From: Naegleria gruberi | Taxonomy: Eukaryota | Assembly: GCA_000004985.1 (NCBI GenBank) | Contig: GG738879.1 | Length of the DNA stretch: 64,000 nt | Reading direction: 5' to 3' (one strand) | In this document: piece after piece, positions 22,133 through 33,757 of the stretch | Position numbering within the stretch: the stretch's first letter is position 1 | Layout of the letters: every line of letters starts with the position of its first letter | Notes under the pieces: generated by a model | The model's input: the letters and a program-made list of their open reading frames with translations, nothing else | What the model was told of the DNA's origin: nothing | Databases searched by the model: none | Made by a program: the position numbers and the translations under genes

Positions 22133-25100
22133 TTCTTAATAAATTTCTCAGCTTCAAGTTCAGCATCAACATTGTGAGTTTCAATAATAGGTATTGGTTG
22201 TTGGTTTTGCTTCATGTTATCGTCTCCTATTGGAATAACAATATCATACTTATCAATATCTCGTTTCATACTCTTAGACATTTCTTCTAAAGAGATGTCC
22301 GTTTCGTTTGGAATAGGATGTTGGTAATGTTTCTCTTTGAGAATGTAGGTAGTAATTTGTCCTTTACCTTTGATTTCAACACCTTTTCTCTCATCGAATT
22401 CAAAGATATCATAGACTCTTTCGTAGGTTTGTCTGGTTACTTGGATTTTACCTGGAATACCAGTTGATTCCATTTTAGATGCAAGAGTAACATTTTCACC
22501 CCACAAATCATAAGCAAATTTCAATGTACCAATACAACCAGCAATTACACTTCCTGTGTGTAACCCAATTCTAATATTTAAAGTTGTTTTCTTTTCTAGA
22601 TTATACGCATAAATAACAGAATACATCTCCATAGCAAATCTTAATACTTTTTCTGGATGGTCTGATTGTTGAAGATGTAAACCTCCAACACAAAAGTAAG
22701 CATCACCACTAAATTGTAATTCAGATTATTATCTAATTTTCAAGCAACTTACATTGTTTTAATTTTTTCGAGTCCAAATTTGCTAATACCTCTATCGAAT
22801 CCGTTAATAATAGCATTCAACATTTGAATCAAATCAATAGCTGACATGCCTGATGACATTTTGGTAAAGTTAACCATATCACTAAATAAGCAAGTGGTAT
22901 CATCAATTTTTTCTGAAATGTAGGTTTCACCAGCTTTTAACTATTATTTTACAGTAAATGTTCAATAACAAAACTTACTCTTGCAGCTACTTGCTCAGGA
23001 AGAATATTCAAAAGTAAAGAATCACTCTTCTTCTTTTCTTCTTCAATTAACATATTATGTTTCTTCTCTGAAGTGATATCTTTGATAAACAAACTGATTA
23101 GGTTACTCTTTTCAAATGATGAGACACTCATGGATACTTGAGCAGGGAATGTTGTTCCATTCTTTCTTTTAGCTTCCACCTCAAAAGACTCTCCATAACT
23201 TCTTATGGCATTACCCATCGATGTTACTGTATCTCTTATCTTATTAGAGCTTGCATCTGTAAATAAAAGAGATGGTGGCTTTCCTAATATTTCATCAGCC
23301 TTATAACCCAACATATTCAAAGCACTTGGATTGATAATATCAACAAACCCTGTTTTGCTATTCAACACAACAGCTCCATCAACAGCAGCATCTACAAAAA
23401 GTTTAGAACATGAGCAGGCTTGAAAACTTACCCAAAATAGCTTTTGTCTTTGAAAATTTCTCTCCTTTTGCAGCCTTCTTACCATCAGAAAATGTAAAGT
23501 ATAAAATATAGTTCCTAATCTCCTCGAATTGCTCCAAAACATCATATTGAATGAAATTAAACATCCTTCTTAATTGGTGGTTTTCATTATCGAATCTTTT
23601 GACTTGTAAATACTTTGTGTAAGTCAATATAAGTAATATTGCAACAGAAACGCTTGTTATTGCTGGACTGATAATTCTAGTAGGTGATTTGTAAGTGTCT
23701 ACATATCCAGTAAGTACAGAATACATTTTGGAAGTGAATTCACTGGAAATGGCAAAAATTCCAATAAATCTTTCTACCAAAACACTATTAATATATGTAT
23801 GTCTGTATGCATCCTCATTGAATCTATCTGCTGATAAAGTATATGCATCCATGAGTTGATCCAATCCATAACAAGTGTAGTTTTCTGCAGTGCAGTTTTG
23901 GCTCAAAATCTTGATATCTAAAGAAGAAACTCCTGTTATGCCAGAAAATCCATTCTCAATTGTACCGTAACGATAATCTAACCAGGCTTCCATCATCTGT
24001 TGTGAATGTTGAATTATTTCATCGTGGAATGATTTCATGCTAGTTTGTAATATTGAAGAGTCACCTAATAAAAGTTCTCCAAGTTTAAATTTAGCTCTTT
24101 GTGAAATTTGTAATACCTTTGTACCATGCTCTACCTTTAACATAGTGTTGAATGAAGTCTGCATCATGTCCAAGCACTCATAAAGGAGTAAAGCACTTGC
24201 AATAGCAGTGAAGAGGAAAATAGCAATAATGAGTGCTGAAATTATTCTCTTAGGAGTGAAAATAGATTTTTGGATTTTCACAATCTTATCCTCGGATTTT
24301 TGTTCCAAATGGTGAAATACTGTACCCACAATATCCTTAGGAAGCTTTGCAAAAAGCTTTGTTAATTTTTCCATATGAAGTAAGTGAATATAAGAGAAAA
24401 TTGTGTAGACAATAATGAATAGCACGTATACCACAAACACACCAACAAGGGTAAAAATGAAAACATTCTTTTCCTGATTAAGAAAAGTGTCACTTCTTGC
24501 GATCAAAGTGCCACAAAAACTTTCCAGACCACCAGTAATGGCTATTCTGTTTAGCCATATATACAAGAACTCATAATTTTCATAAATATTCATGTAATCA
24601 TCAAGTTTCCAAGCATATAGCTTTGTAGCAATAGTGTGGAGCTCATTTGTAATATCAGATAAGGAAGTATTTTTAGGGGTTGATATAAGACTGGATACAG
24701 ATCCTGTTTGTAGTACTGGAACAAGAACTATTTTGTCTGCATAAACAAACTGCTTCATACTCTCTACCTCAAATCTTTGTTCGTTCATAATATCTTTAAC
24801 CTTTTGTGTAATTGTCACTATGCTCTTAACTCTTGCCTTGTGGTTTGCCCATTCTGATTTAAATCTATTGGTAGTGTTGGTTGGAGATAATATCTGAATG
24901 TACCTAATACCTGAAAGAATTAAGTAGGGAACAGGAGACACTTGGCAAAATTGATTTACAGTAGTAATACGGTCGCTATCATCTGCAAGTCCCAGATTCA
25001 ACCCTAAAACAATTGCAATAATAGCAATTGATATAAATCCCAATGATTGAAGGAAAATAAATTTCTTTTTGCTTTCGTTTGGCTTGTTGATGGCTGACCT

Positions 25101-27120
25101 GTATATAGTTTGTTTGTCTTTTTTGTAATCTCCATATTGACTAGCTGATTCCAAATTTTCCATATCGTTCTCATCTTGTTTTGGTTCTAAGTAATTTGGA
25201 CCATCATCTACATAATTGACAGGTAACACCTTGTTGCCTGGTAAATTACGTTTCTTAAATTCTGACTTTGAGTCAGAGGAAAATCTTCGTTTCTTTGATT
25301 GTTCATCCTCCAAAATGTTTGCTTCAGCATAAAATTCATCTGCCAATTCAGCTTCAAAAAGGAATTCTTCTAAAAACTTTGCATAGCTTCTCAATACTTG
25401 GGCGTTATTATGGAAATTAACAAGTAAGTTATTGAACGTTGTACTTGAATTTTCCATGTATGTGTGCATCATTTTAACCAAACTATATACCTTTTCCGAG
25501 TTTTCCTCATTAGACACAAAGTGTTTCCAGAATAGCTTTTGATATTGTCTTAATCTTTCCTGTTGTTTCTCCACAGTGTCAAGAATGTGTCTAAGTTCTA
25601 AAGAATTTTTTCCTGTTGAAATTGAAGCCTCTATTTCCTTAGTTCTTTGGTAAACAAGGTAACGTAATACAAGATTAGAGTTCTTTTTACCTGCCTTTGC
25701 AAGTAGGTGAAGGCAAAAGCTTGGTGAATATTGATCTCCCATCATTTTCTTAAATATATATAAAGATGAAATTATCAGAGTGTAGGTATCTAATTCTAAT
25801 CTTTGATTTGTAGCAACCTTTATCAAGTTGGTTATTAACTCATCTTCTTTAGTTTTGATAGAGAATTTCAAATATAAGTTTAAAAATTTTGGATTGACTA
25901 ATTCATTAACACTAGTTTGAACGGTGATATTCTCGTTCTTGAAATCAGTTAATCTTCTTCTGACATATCTCATAACTATCTGTGTATAAATTTCAACAAT
26001 AGAAAATCCAATAAAGAAAAATATAATCACAGAGCCAAATCCAACACCAAAAAGATAACCCAAACCAACATCTTCACTTACAGGATCATTCGCTACAATG
26101 GCCAGTATGCTGGATATTGCAGCACCTGCTTTAGATAAGTACAACCCACCAAAAATCGAATTCACAATTCTATAGTGAAATGGTAAATCATAAATTAGAA
26201 AACCAAATATAAGGAGTGTGAAAAATAAAAAGAGTAAAGGTCTTGCAATAAATGCTTGGGGTGGTAATATTTGAGAAATGATTAAGTGGATTTGGTTGAT
26301 TACTACAGCAGAAGCAAATACAACAGGGCTGTCCATACTTAGCCAAGACTTACCCTCAACCCATGTGTCACACGATAGAAGTATTCCAAGAAATGTGAGA
26401 GGTAATTGTAATATCATAAATAAAAGTGATATGGCTGCAAAGGAACCATTTAAAGGACTCCAACAACCTATGGTAGGAAACCTTCTTAGAGCATATTGAG
26501 CAACTCCATCCACTACTAGACCTTGTTTAGAATAATCACAAGCCCAAAAAGCGGTCAAGCAAAATACAAATCCAAGTCCGAACACTCCAAAGAACATGCA
26601 TATAGCTCTAATTGTATTCTTGATTTTTGATGAATGCTTACTTCCTCTATGAAGAGCTTTATAAGCATAGTAGATTGCAACCAGAGCTATCAACTCTAAC
26701 ACAGCAAGTATTACAGCAACGGCAAGAAAGAGCTCATAAGGATACCAACTGGCACCTAATGTTCTTGGAACTGCAATAATCCTAACACCTAATTTTGCAG
26801 ACTCACCCCAATTAAATTCTAAGATGGTTAATAAATACATTATTTCAGGAATACTTACCAGACTCCCAACCTAGAGCTATTGATTGCTCGACCAATACTA
26901 TATTCAATAATATGAAAAGCCAATTTGGTAATGCTTTTGGCAATTTTATAGAAACTAGAAAGAAGAATAATGTATCTTCTAATTTTCCAACAATACTACT
27001 ACCCCGAGTGAGGGTTGTATTACTAGTTTTTGATCTACTAGAAGAGCCTTTTGAAAAAACCGACTCTCCATCATGTCCTACGGGTGAATGATCACTAGAG
27101 TCTCGCATCGAGTAGGCCAT
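22129..27120 (-). CDS. Multi-pass transmembrane class III adenylyl cyclase with PAS domain and a single cyclase homology domain; 5 exons: complement(22129..22708, 22753..22940, 22979..23391, 23432..26818, 26859..27120)
   Basis: Four short introns (40, 40, 38, 44 nt; GTAAGT/GTAAGT/GTAAGT/GTAAGT...AG) join track ORFs 26845.., 23403.., 22949.., 22129.. in frame. About 1609 aa with 6-7 N-terminal TM helices, three further TM segments, a PAS fold (VDGAVVLNSKTGFVDIINPSALNMLGYKADEILGKP...RKNGTTFPA...IKDITSEKK), then the CHD (LLNILPEQVAARLKAGE...FSDMVNFT...KIKTIGDAYF...IGLHTGSVIAGCIG...YDLWGENVTLASKMESTG). Lys in KIKTIGD and Asp in YDLWG are the adenine-specifying pair. Confidence 0.8.
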
Positions 27121-27416
27121 TTGTTATAAATTGTAGTGATATTATCCTATTGTTAATGTTGTGTATTTTTCTTGTAGTTAAAATTGGCGGTATAAAAAAT
27201 AACTGTTTTTAGGTTGGCTTTTTTTGGGTGAATTTAAGTGAGTAGATTTATAGCGTATAAATCGGGTTATTGAGTTCTTCATTAACTTCGCACTGTATTT
27301 TGTCCTACTTACATGAGCCTTAGAATTGGTATCATTAACAGTACTCCAATATTAAATTACAACAAAATATTCATGGTACTGTTAATAACGCAAATTATTA
27401 TCATCAAAATTAAAAA
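27121..27416. promoter_or_regulatory. Divergent promoter region between cyclase (-) and 27417 gene (+)
   Basis: 296 nt, no ORF, flanked by outward-pointing ATGs. Confidence 0.3.
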
Positions 27417-28241
27417 ATGATGCGCTTCAGAGCAAGTGTAAAGTTATTGAATAGGTTTGTTAGTGATTACACAAGCACAAAATACCTTTCGGAAGAAACT
27501 GAACTTCTATGCAAAATAGTTGCCAATTCAACTTTAGGAAATTATAAGAAATTAGAAAATGATTGGAAATTAATTCAACAACATCCAACAAAGAGCAGAA
27601 TGTTATCCATGATGGCCATAGAATTAATTTCAATGAATTTTTGTTTTGTTGGATTTCCAAAAGTTTTAAATTCCTTGTCAACTTTAAAATCCATCTCTAC
27701 TAAATCACATGACAATCAAAAGCCATTTTTTACCGAAGATGAATGGCTTGAATTGACTAAATTATCGGATTCTGATTCTTTCCATCAAGATAGAATTAAG
27801 AGACAACATTTAGGAGAACAAACAATGAAGAAAATTTATGGAGAATCAAATTATTCAAAGTTAGCTGCAAAGTTTAAAACACTTCATCCATTAGTCAACC
27901 AAAATATTCACATGAATGCTTATGGAATGGTATTACAAGATAGAAGTCATGTTTTTCTTGCAATGAGAGAGCTTTCCTCGGTTGTGAGTTTGTGTTATTT
28001 TGTAGATACATGTGGCCCTCAATTAGTTGCTCATATGAAAGGTTTTACCAGAGTGTACGATGAAAAGGAATTAGGATATTCCATCCCACTAATGAATCCT
28101 CATGTTATTGAAACAGAAAGTCGTGCCAAGTTGTGTTTGAAAGGAGTTTTCGAATTGACCAGTGAAATGTATGGCCTTAAAGAACCTTTGAATGAAATGT
28201 GGCAATCTCTAGAAACCTCAAATAAGAAATATACTCTCTAG
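27417..28241 (+). CDS. Hypothetical protein, possibly mitochondrial (basic amphipathic N-terminus MMRFRASVKLLNRF)
   Basis: 274-aa ORF, AAAAATG start context, no domain assigned. Confidence 0.45.
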   Translation: MMRFRASVKLLNRFVSDYTSTKYLSEETELLCKIVANSTLGNYKKLENDWKLIQQHPTKSRMLSMMAIELISMNFCFVGFPKVLNSLSTLKSISTKSHDNQKPFFTEDEWLELTKLSDSDSFHQDRIKRQHLGEQTMKKIYGESNYSKLAAKFKTLHPLVNQNIHMNAYGMVLQDRSHVFLAMRELSSVVSLCYFVDTCGPQLVAHMKGFTRVYDEKELGYSIPLMNPHVIETESRAKLCLKGVFELTSEMYGLKEPLNEMWQSLETSNKKYTL

Positions 28242-28517
28242 TGAACTGATCGCCATCCTCCTTATTGACCTCCTTACTCTATTCCTTCCGTAATACACAT
28301 ACAGTATTGTCTAGTGATAAACCTTATCGTCGTCAACACACTTACCATTCCAAAAGGAATATGATTTTTGGTCACCTCCAAAAGAAAGCTACTTTCCAAT
28401 TGGGTTCTTTGTTCTATTTTAAGATTCTAAATTGTGATTCAAATAGAGGCAACATTCCAATCTCAATCAAAAAACAACACGAAAAAATATTTCAACCGAT
28501 AAACAATAACAACAATA

Positions 28518-29528
28518 ATGGAACAACAAGCTGAAGAACAAGTGATAATTAAATTATATCTTTCCAAAGAACATATTAGAAGATTTACAATTCCAAAGAT
28601 CGCATCTTATGAAGATTTAAAGAGTAGAATTATTCAATTCTATGATGAAGTTGGTCAGACAATTAACCCATCCGAAGATTTAGATTTACAATATTGTGAC
28701 GATGATAATGAATGGACTGTGTTGAGAAATGAAGATGATTGGTATTGTTGTAAGGCAATTTGTCCAACAAATATTAAAATCAGAAAGCCTTCAATGTGGA
28801 TGAAAGCACAATTTACTTACAAGTCAGGGCAACAAGCTGTTATTCAATCTTTCAACAAGGAAAAGAAATATTTGGTAGAAAAGAGCAAGCAAATCTTCTC
28901 TCAAGTTAATGAAGAATTCCAAAAATTGAGTTCAAATCAAGAAGTTAAAAAGCTTGAAAGTACTATGTCACATGCTGTTAATGACTTTATTGAAACTGTC
29001 ACACCATTATTACAAACAGCCACAAATACCACTTGTGAATTCATTTCATCAGTTGAAAACTCACTGAAAACTAGTGCTTCCTCAAGTGAACCTCAATTGA
29101 TCAGAACTGATGATGTAGTTGAGGAACCAATTGATGAAGAAGAAGAGCAATTAATTGCTCAACAAACTGTACAACCAACCGTTCAAGGTGATACTATGGA
29201 AAAATCAGGATATGTCTGGGTTTTAGCTGATAATGAAAAGACTCAAGTCGTTGCTCAACAACAAGCTGAACCTGTTGTTGAAACACCAGTTGTTGAAGAA
29301 CCTGCTGTTATTGAAACACCAGAAGTTGTTGAACCAGTTGCTGAAGAACAACCTGCTGCTGTTGTTGAAACTATTCCTGAACCAGTTGTTGAAACACCAG
29401 TTCAATTCGCTGAACAAATGAAGATGTTAAGCTTAATGGGTTTCACTGATGTCCAAAAGAATATTGAATTATTGACCAAACACAATGGAAACCTTTCACT
29501 CGTTGTTGATGCCTTATTAGCTATGTAA
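28518..29528 (+). CDS. PB1-UBA protein (p62/SQSTM1- or NBR1-like candidate selective-autophagy receptor) with Pro/Glu/Val-rich repeats
   Basis: N-terminal PB1 fold with acidic OPCA-like stretch (IKLYLSKEHIRRFTIP...DLDLQYCDDDNEWTVLRNEDDW); C-terminal UBA (FAEQMKMLSLMGFTDVQKNIELLTKHNGNLSLVVDALLA); six tandem ETPVVEEP-type repeats between them; no ZZ finger seen. Confidence 0.7.
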   Translation: MEQQAEEQVIIKLYLSKEHIRRFTIPKIASYEDLKSRIIQFYDEVGQTINPSEDLDLQYCDDDNEWTVLRNEDDWYCCKAICPTNIKIRKPSMWMKAQFTYKSGQQAVIQSFNKEKKYLVEKSKQIFSQVNEEFQKLSSNQEVKKLESTMSHAVNDFIETVTPLLQTATNTTCEFISSVENSLKTSASSSEPQLIRTDDVVEEPIDEEEEQLIAQQTVQPTVQGDTMEKSGYVWVLADNEKTQVVAQQQAEPVVETPVVEEPAVIETPEVVEPVAEEQPAAVVETIPEPVVETPVQFAEQMKMLSLMGFTDVQKNIELLTKHNGNLSLVVDALLAM

Positions 29529-29555
29529 ATATTCGTGTAAAAAAACAATAAATAT

Positions 29556-32500
29556 TTATTCAATTAAATCAAATACACTTTGAACAACCTCTGCATGTCT
29601 TTCAGAGAATGTGTTGATTAAGAACATGATAAGCTTCTTTTGCAAGTCTGGAGTTAATTTCGATTTTCTATCCTTATTATTATTAATAATTTTGTATAAA
29701 ATAGAGTCACGAATCATATTTTCCTCATTTCCAGAATTAGCCTCCTTGATGAGATGGAGGAGTTGAACTGAAACATAGAATGATGATGTGTAAATATTGA
29801 GAAGAATATCTAGTTTGGTTTGTTCCTCGACTTCTGTTTCCTTTTCATAGAAATCACAATAAATATCTGTTGCAATCAAAAGTCTATCCAATAACTTTTG
29901 TTGATTTTCCATAATTACCCTATTATCTGATGGAATACCTTTGTAGATAGAAATTAATAAATCAACAGCACCCTTATAGCTCTCATTTGCCCAATTTTGG
30001 TTTGGTTCCTCAATAGCAAGATCAGTTGCAAGTTGGGCTTGATAGTATGTTAGTTTGAGGAAATAAGAGGCAGAATTTGCTGTGTTAAAATTATTGTTAG
30101 CAACGGATGCAAGTTTCAACAGAGATAATCTGTTTCTGGTGGTTCCAAGCTCTCCTAATGGAAGGATGTTTTGTGAGTAGTCATCTGACAAATCAGCCAA
30201 AGAGGATTCAACTTCACCCAAGTTTCCAACTTGGATATAGTGCAACCATTTGAGGTTGGAGTTTGGTTCAATAACTGAGGCCATTTGTTCTCCACATCTG
30301 AAACTCCAATTGTTTGCCAATAACTCGTGATACTTTTTAGAATCTCTAAGATATGTTAATAGATATGTTGCAAAGTCTTTGTATCTCTTTACATAATGAG
30401 AATATTTAACAGTTCTTTCCTTTTCAGTTGGATAGTTCTCCTCTGCTATTTGTATCAAGTGTTTGAAATCTCTATATTTTTCTGCTAAGGTTAAGGCAAA
30501 AGTCTTTGGTGAAATTTCTCCAACATCCTTCATCTTTCTGAATGTACCAATTATTAAATCTCTTTTAGCCTCAAAATTGAATGTCTGGAAATGAGAAACC
30601 TCTTTTTCTTTCATGGTTTGAAGAATTGAAAATGTAAAATCTGCTATTTCATACATTTGGTTGAGTATTTGAGGGACTGATTTACTTTCTGAAGCGCTAA
30701 GATTACTGGCTGATCTTTCAAATTGTTCAAAAAATCTTGTAATAAGGAGACCTGGCTTATCAATTGTCCACGTACTTCCACATTCTTTAATATTGGTACC
30801 AAATCTATTCAATACCTTCCTAAATTCAAGTATCCCTTCTGAAAAGCATAAAAAGACTTGATTTACAAGAGATAATGTGTTATAAGTGGTTTGACTAGAA
30901 ATAATCTTTTCAGATTGAATTTGATAAATCAAACTTTCAACTCTTGAAACAAGAATGTAGAAATTTTCAACATTACATTGCGATTTGGTAAAATTAGCCT
31001 CTTCACAGCATAAGTTCATAGCTTGAATAATCAAATCTTGAGATGATTTTGATCCAAGTTGATTTTGTAACTCTCTTAACTTGATGCAAACAAAGAGCTT
31101 TTCACCATTTTGTAAAATTATTCTTAAATCCTCTTCTGAAAGGTTTTCAATAATTTGGTAGTCAACTAGGTATTGTAAGAAGTCCATATATTCATCCATC
31201 TTTTTTTGCAATGATCTTAAAATCAAAATAGATAGTTTGTCGTAATAAATCATTTCAGCATCAATAATCAAACTACCGGATGTTGGAATGCTATCTACCA
31301 ACATTTGACTAGCTCTAACAATAGATGGTCCAAAAACAGAGGAGCGAATGAAATTTAAAGAGCTGATTTTCTCACGTTTTCTAAAATTGCTTAAAACCTT
31401 ATTAGCAAGAGTAGTTTCTGCTTCTTTTGGATCAGAATCCGATTCTTGATCCATGGATTGATCTACACAGTTTGATGCCAGACTCATACTATCTTCCAAT
31501 TTAACAATCCTCAGTGCCTTGAAATTTCCTGATTTATCAATTAAGCAACCATCCAAACCATCAATCATAATATCTCCTAGAGAAATAATACCATTGTAAT
31601 CACATTGTGTAATAATTTTGTTGTCTTCAATTACAGTAATACTATTCAAAGTATGTACATAAAGTCTATTGCAACTCTTCATAATTTGACATTTGGAATA
31701 GAATTTAGAGTTGATTTCACTAAAATCACACTTATCTAAGCGGATAGGTGATTCTACAACAATATTGTCGTTAATTTGGATTGGCCATAAAAGATATTCG
31801 ATAGTTGAACTACTTCTGGCAGTATCAAGTGGTTCTGGAACCATACATGTTAAAAGATAAATCTGTTCAGTTTGTTCATCAAAATTAAAATCTAACAGTC
31901 TCAATGAATAGTTTCTTATCATGTTCAAGCTTTGTAACTCATGAGAAATGTCCTTTCTCCAACAAAGATCCTTTCCTTGCTCTGTATATTTCGAGATACA
32001 TTTCTCTGTTAAGATAAGCAAATCAGTCTTTGAAGATTGAATAGATAGTAATGATTCTGGTTCAAAATACTTAATAGTTGTTGGTTTAGTCCAAGAGGTG
32101 AACCAGCTAAACAAACCCTCATTAGAAACTGAAGAGGTATTTTGATTTCCGTAAACTTTCTTTTCCTTAATTAGGTTGACAGCTCCATTTGATAGTAATT
32201 CAATTTCAATGAAATGTCCACATTCAGTACCAATATAAATATTATTGTTTGAACTTAAACTATTCACAATGCAATTAATATTTAATTTTCCATCCGAACT
32301 GAATGATGTAAAATCTAAAATATTTCCAATTTCATATTTAAATCTTGAGTCGTCATTATTCAAACTCAGATCATACCAATATTTAAATTTTCCTTGAGCA
32401 GAGCAAGTGAAAATAGAAAAGTGGTCATCACTGCTTCCTAAAATAGTAACAAAATATTTGTCTGACTCGGAAAGTGGAACATTCTCCAAGCATAAAACAG

Positions 32501-32762
32501 GAGAGTTTTCAGATTCCAACAAAAACTTTTTTACATTCCAAACATAAAGCTTATCACCATCCAATACCCAAGTAATTCCACTATGATGAATACCAGCATT
32601 GGTGATGTCATTTCTAATGTGAGCAGGAAATGGGTAAGCCATTATTGTTTTGGCATCATACAAAAATTGATTATCTACTGCGGAAGACTCTAAAGAATTT
32701 AATTTTGTCTTCTTCATCAAGGATTCATCTGATGATGGAAGACCTTGTTGATAGCGTTTCAT
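29556..32762 (-). CDS. Large (1068 aa) beta-propeller plus alpha-solenoid protein, possibly nucleoporin Nup133/Nup155-like
   Basis: Single ORF; N-terminal half has a beta-propeller-like alternation, C-terminal half is helical. Assignment by architecture only. Confidence 0.35.
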   Translation of the reverse strand: MKRYQQGLPSSDESLMKKTKLNSLESSAVDNQFLYDAKTIMAYPFPAHIRNDITNAGIHHSGITWVLDGDKLYVWNVKKFLLESENSPVLCLENVPLSESDKYFVTILGSSDDHFSIFTCSAQGKFKYWYDLSLNNDDSRFKYEIGNILDFTSFSSDGKLNINCIVNSLSSNNNIYIGTECGHFIEIELLSNGAVNLIKEKKVYGNQNTSSVSNEGLFSWFTSWTKPTTIKYFEPESLLSIQSSKTDLLILTEKCISKYTEQGKDLCWRKDISHELQSLNMIRNYSLRLLDFNFDEQTEQIYLLTCMVPEPLDTARSSSTIEYLLWPIQINDNIVVESPIRLDKCDFSEINSKFYSKCQIMKSCNRLYVHTLNSITVIEDNKIITQCDYNGIISLGDIMIDGLDGCLIDKSGNFKALRIVKLEDSMSLASNCVDQSMDQESDSDPKEAETTLANKVLSNFRKREKISSLNFIRSSVFGPSIVRASQMLVDSIPTSGSLIIDAEMIYYDKLSILILRSLQKKMDEYMDFLQYLVDYQIIENLSEEDLRIILQNGEKLFVCIKLRELQNQLGSKSSQDLIIQAMNLCCEEANFTKSQCNVENFYILVSRVESLIYQIQSEKIISSQTTYNTLSLVNQVFLCFSEGILEFRKVLNRFGTNIKECGSTWTIDKPGLLITRFFEQFERSASNLSASESKSVPQILNQMYEIADFTFSILQTMKEKEVSHFQTFNFEAKRDLIIGTFRKMKDVGEISPKTFALTLAEKYRDFKHLIQIAEENYPTEKERTVKYSHYVKRYKDFATYLLTYLRDSKKYHELLANNWSFRCGEQMASVIEPNSNLKWLHYIQVGNLGEVESSLADLSDDYSQNILPLGELGTTRNRLSLLKLASVANNNFNTANSASYFLKLTYYQAQLATDLAIEEPNQNWANESYKGAVDLLISIYKGIPSDNRVIMENQQKLLDRLLIATDIYCDFYEKETEVEEQTKLDILLNIYTSSFYVSVQLLHLIKEANSGNEENMIRDSILYKIINNNKDRKSKLTPDLQKKLIMFLINTFSERHAEVVQSVFDLIE

Positions 32763-32812
32763 TTTTATTCTTCAAAAAAACAATTTTTTAAAAGAACAAC
32801 AACAAACAATAC

Positions 32813-33281
32813 GATGAAGACTGATGCCATTGTTTTACTCTATAGGAAAATGTTGAAGCAATCTATATTGCTACCAACTGTGGAAAAGAGAGTAAATGCT
32901 ATCAATGAAATTCGTTCAACATTCCGAAAATTTAAAAACGAAACAAACCAAGAAATTATTCAACAACAACTCAAGAAGGCTCATGATAAATTTGGTTATC
33001 TGTGCATGATAACACCAAAGAGATTACATACTGAAACCTCTCAAATTGATGGTAAAACGCAATTAGTAAAAATTGATGGTGAATGGAAGGATGTCAATGC
33101 TATTGGTGAAGATGATAATTTAACAAAGGAAGAAAAAGCAACATGGAGCAATTGGGGAAGAGGAAATTTAGATCCAGACCAAGTTAGAAAACATGAACAA
33201 TTGTTGAAAAGACAACACTTTATGGATGGTCCAATGAAAGGCTATAAACCAATCTATGAAAGAAATTGGATGAACGATTAA
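32813..33281 (+). CDS. LYR-motif (Complex1_LYR family) protein
   Basis: N-terminal AIVLLYRKMLK...F...R...FR signature of the LYRM/ISD11 family; first ATG at 32813. The track start at 32745 overlaps the upstream gene and is a non-ATG codon. Confidence 0.5.
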
Positions 33282-33445
33282 TTTGATGAAAAATAGAAAA
33301 TCTCTAAATTATGGATTAAAATTGAAATTAAATGTTGGATGTAATACTATTCTATTAGTATTGCACTCATAAAAAACAGAGAGAGACTTATCCCGACAAT
33401 AAAAGGCCAATATTTGTTAATTGATTATTAAATAAATTTAAAAAA

Positions 33446-33703
33446 ATGGAAAAGAATCGTAGAGAAGAATATGAGCTTACTTTAGATCCAAAGGAAATTG
33501 ATGAAATGTCTCCTGAGGACTTGAAGAATAGAGTGCCAAACCAAGCCGATGAAGCTCTTAAACTTAGATTAAAAAAGTACGGAATGAAACATTGCAAAGT
33601 TGAAACCAAGAATTTTGCTGATTGTTCAAAGGATAAATTAATTTCTATTGCTTTAAAATGTAAAGATGAAATGCAAGCATTAACGGATTGTATTACTATT
33701 TAG
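33446..33703 (+). CDS. Twin Cx9C (CHCH) protein, mitochondrial intermembrane-space type
   Basis: Two Cx9C motifs (CKVETKNFADC and CKDEMQALTDC) in an 85-aa protein; AAAAAATG start. Confidence 0.55.
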   Translation: MEKNRREEYELTLDPKEIDEMSPEDLKNRVPNQADEALKLRLKKYGMKHCKVETKNFADCSKDKLISIALKCKDEMQALTDCITI

Positions 33704-33757
33704 TAGGTTTATTAATATTTACTATTTACCTATATTGATAGTTTAAATGAGGATAAC

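Noticed and set aside
28265-28534. ORF upstream of and overlapping the PB1-UBA gene start
   Set aside because: Lies in the 5'UTR/promoter, out of frame with 28518, translation is junk-like (ends NNNNNGTTS).
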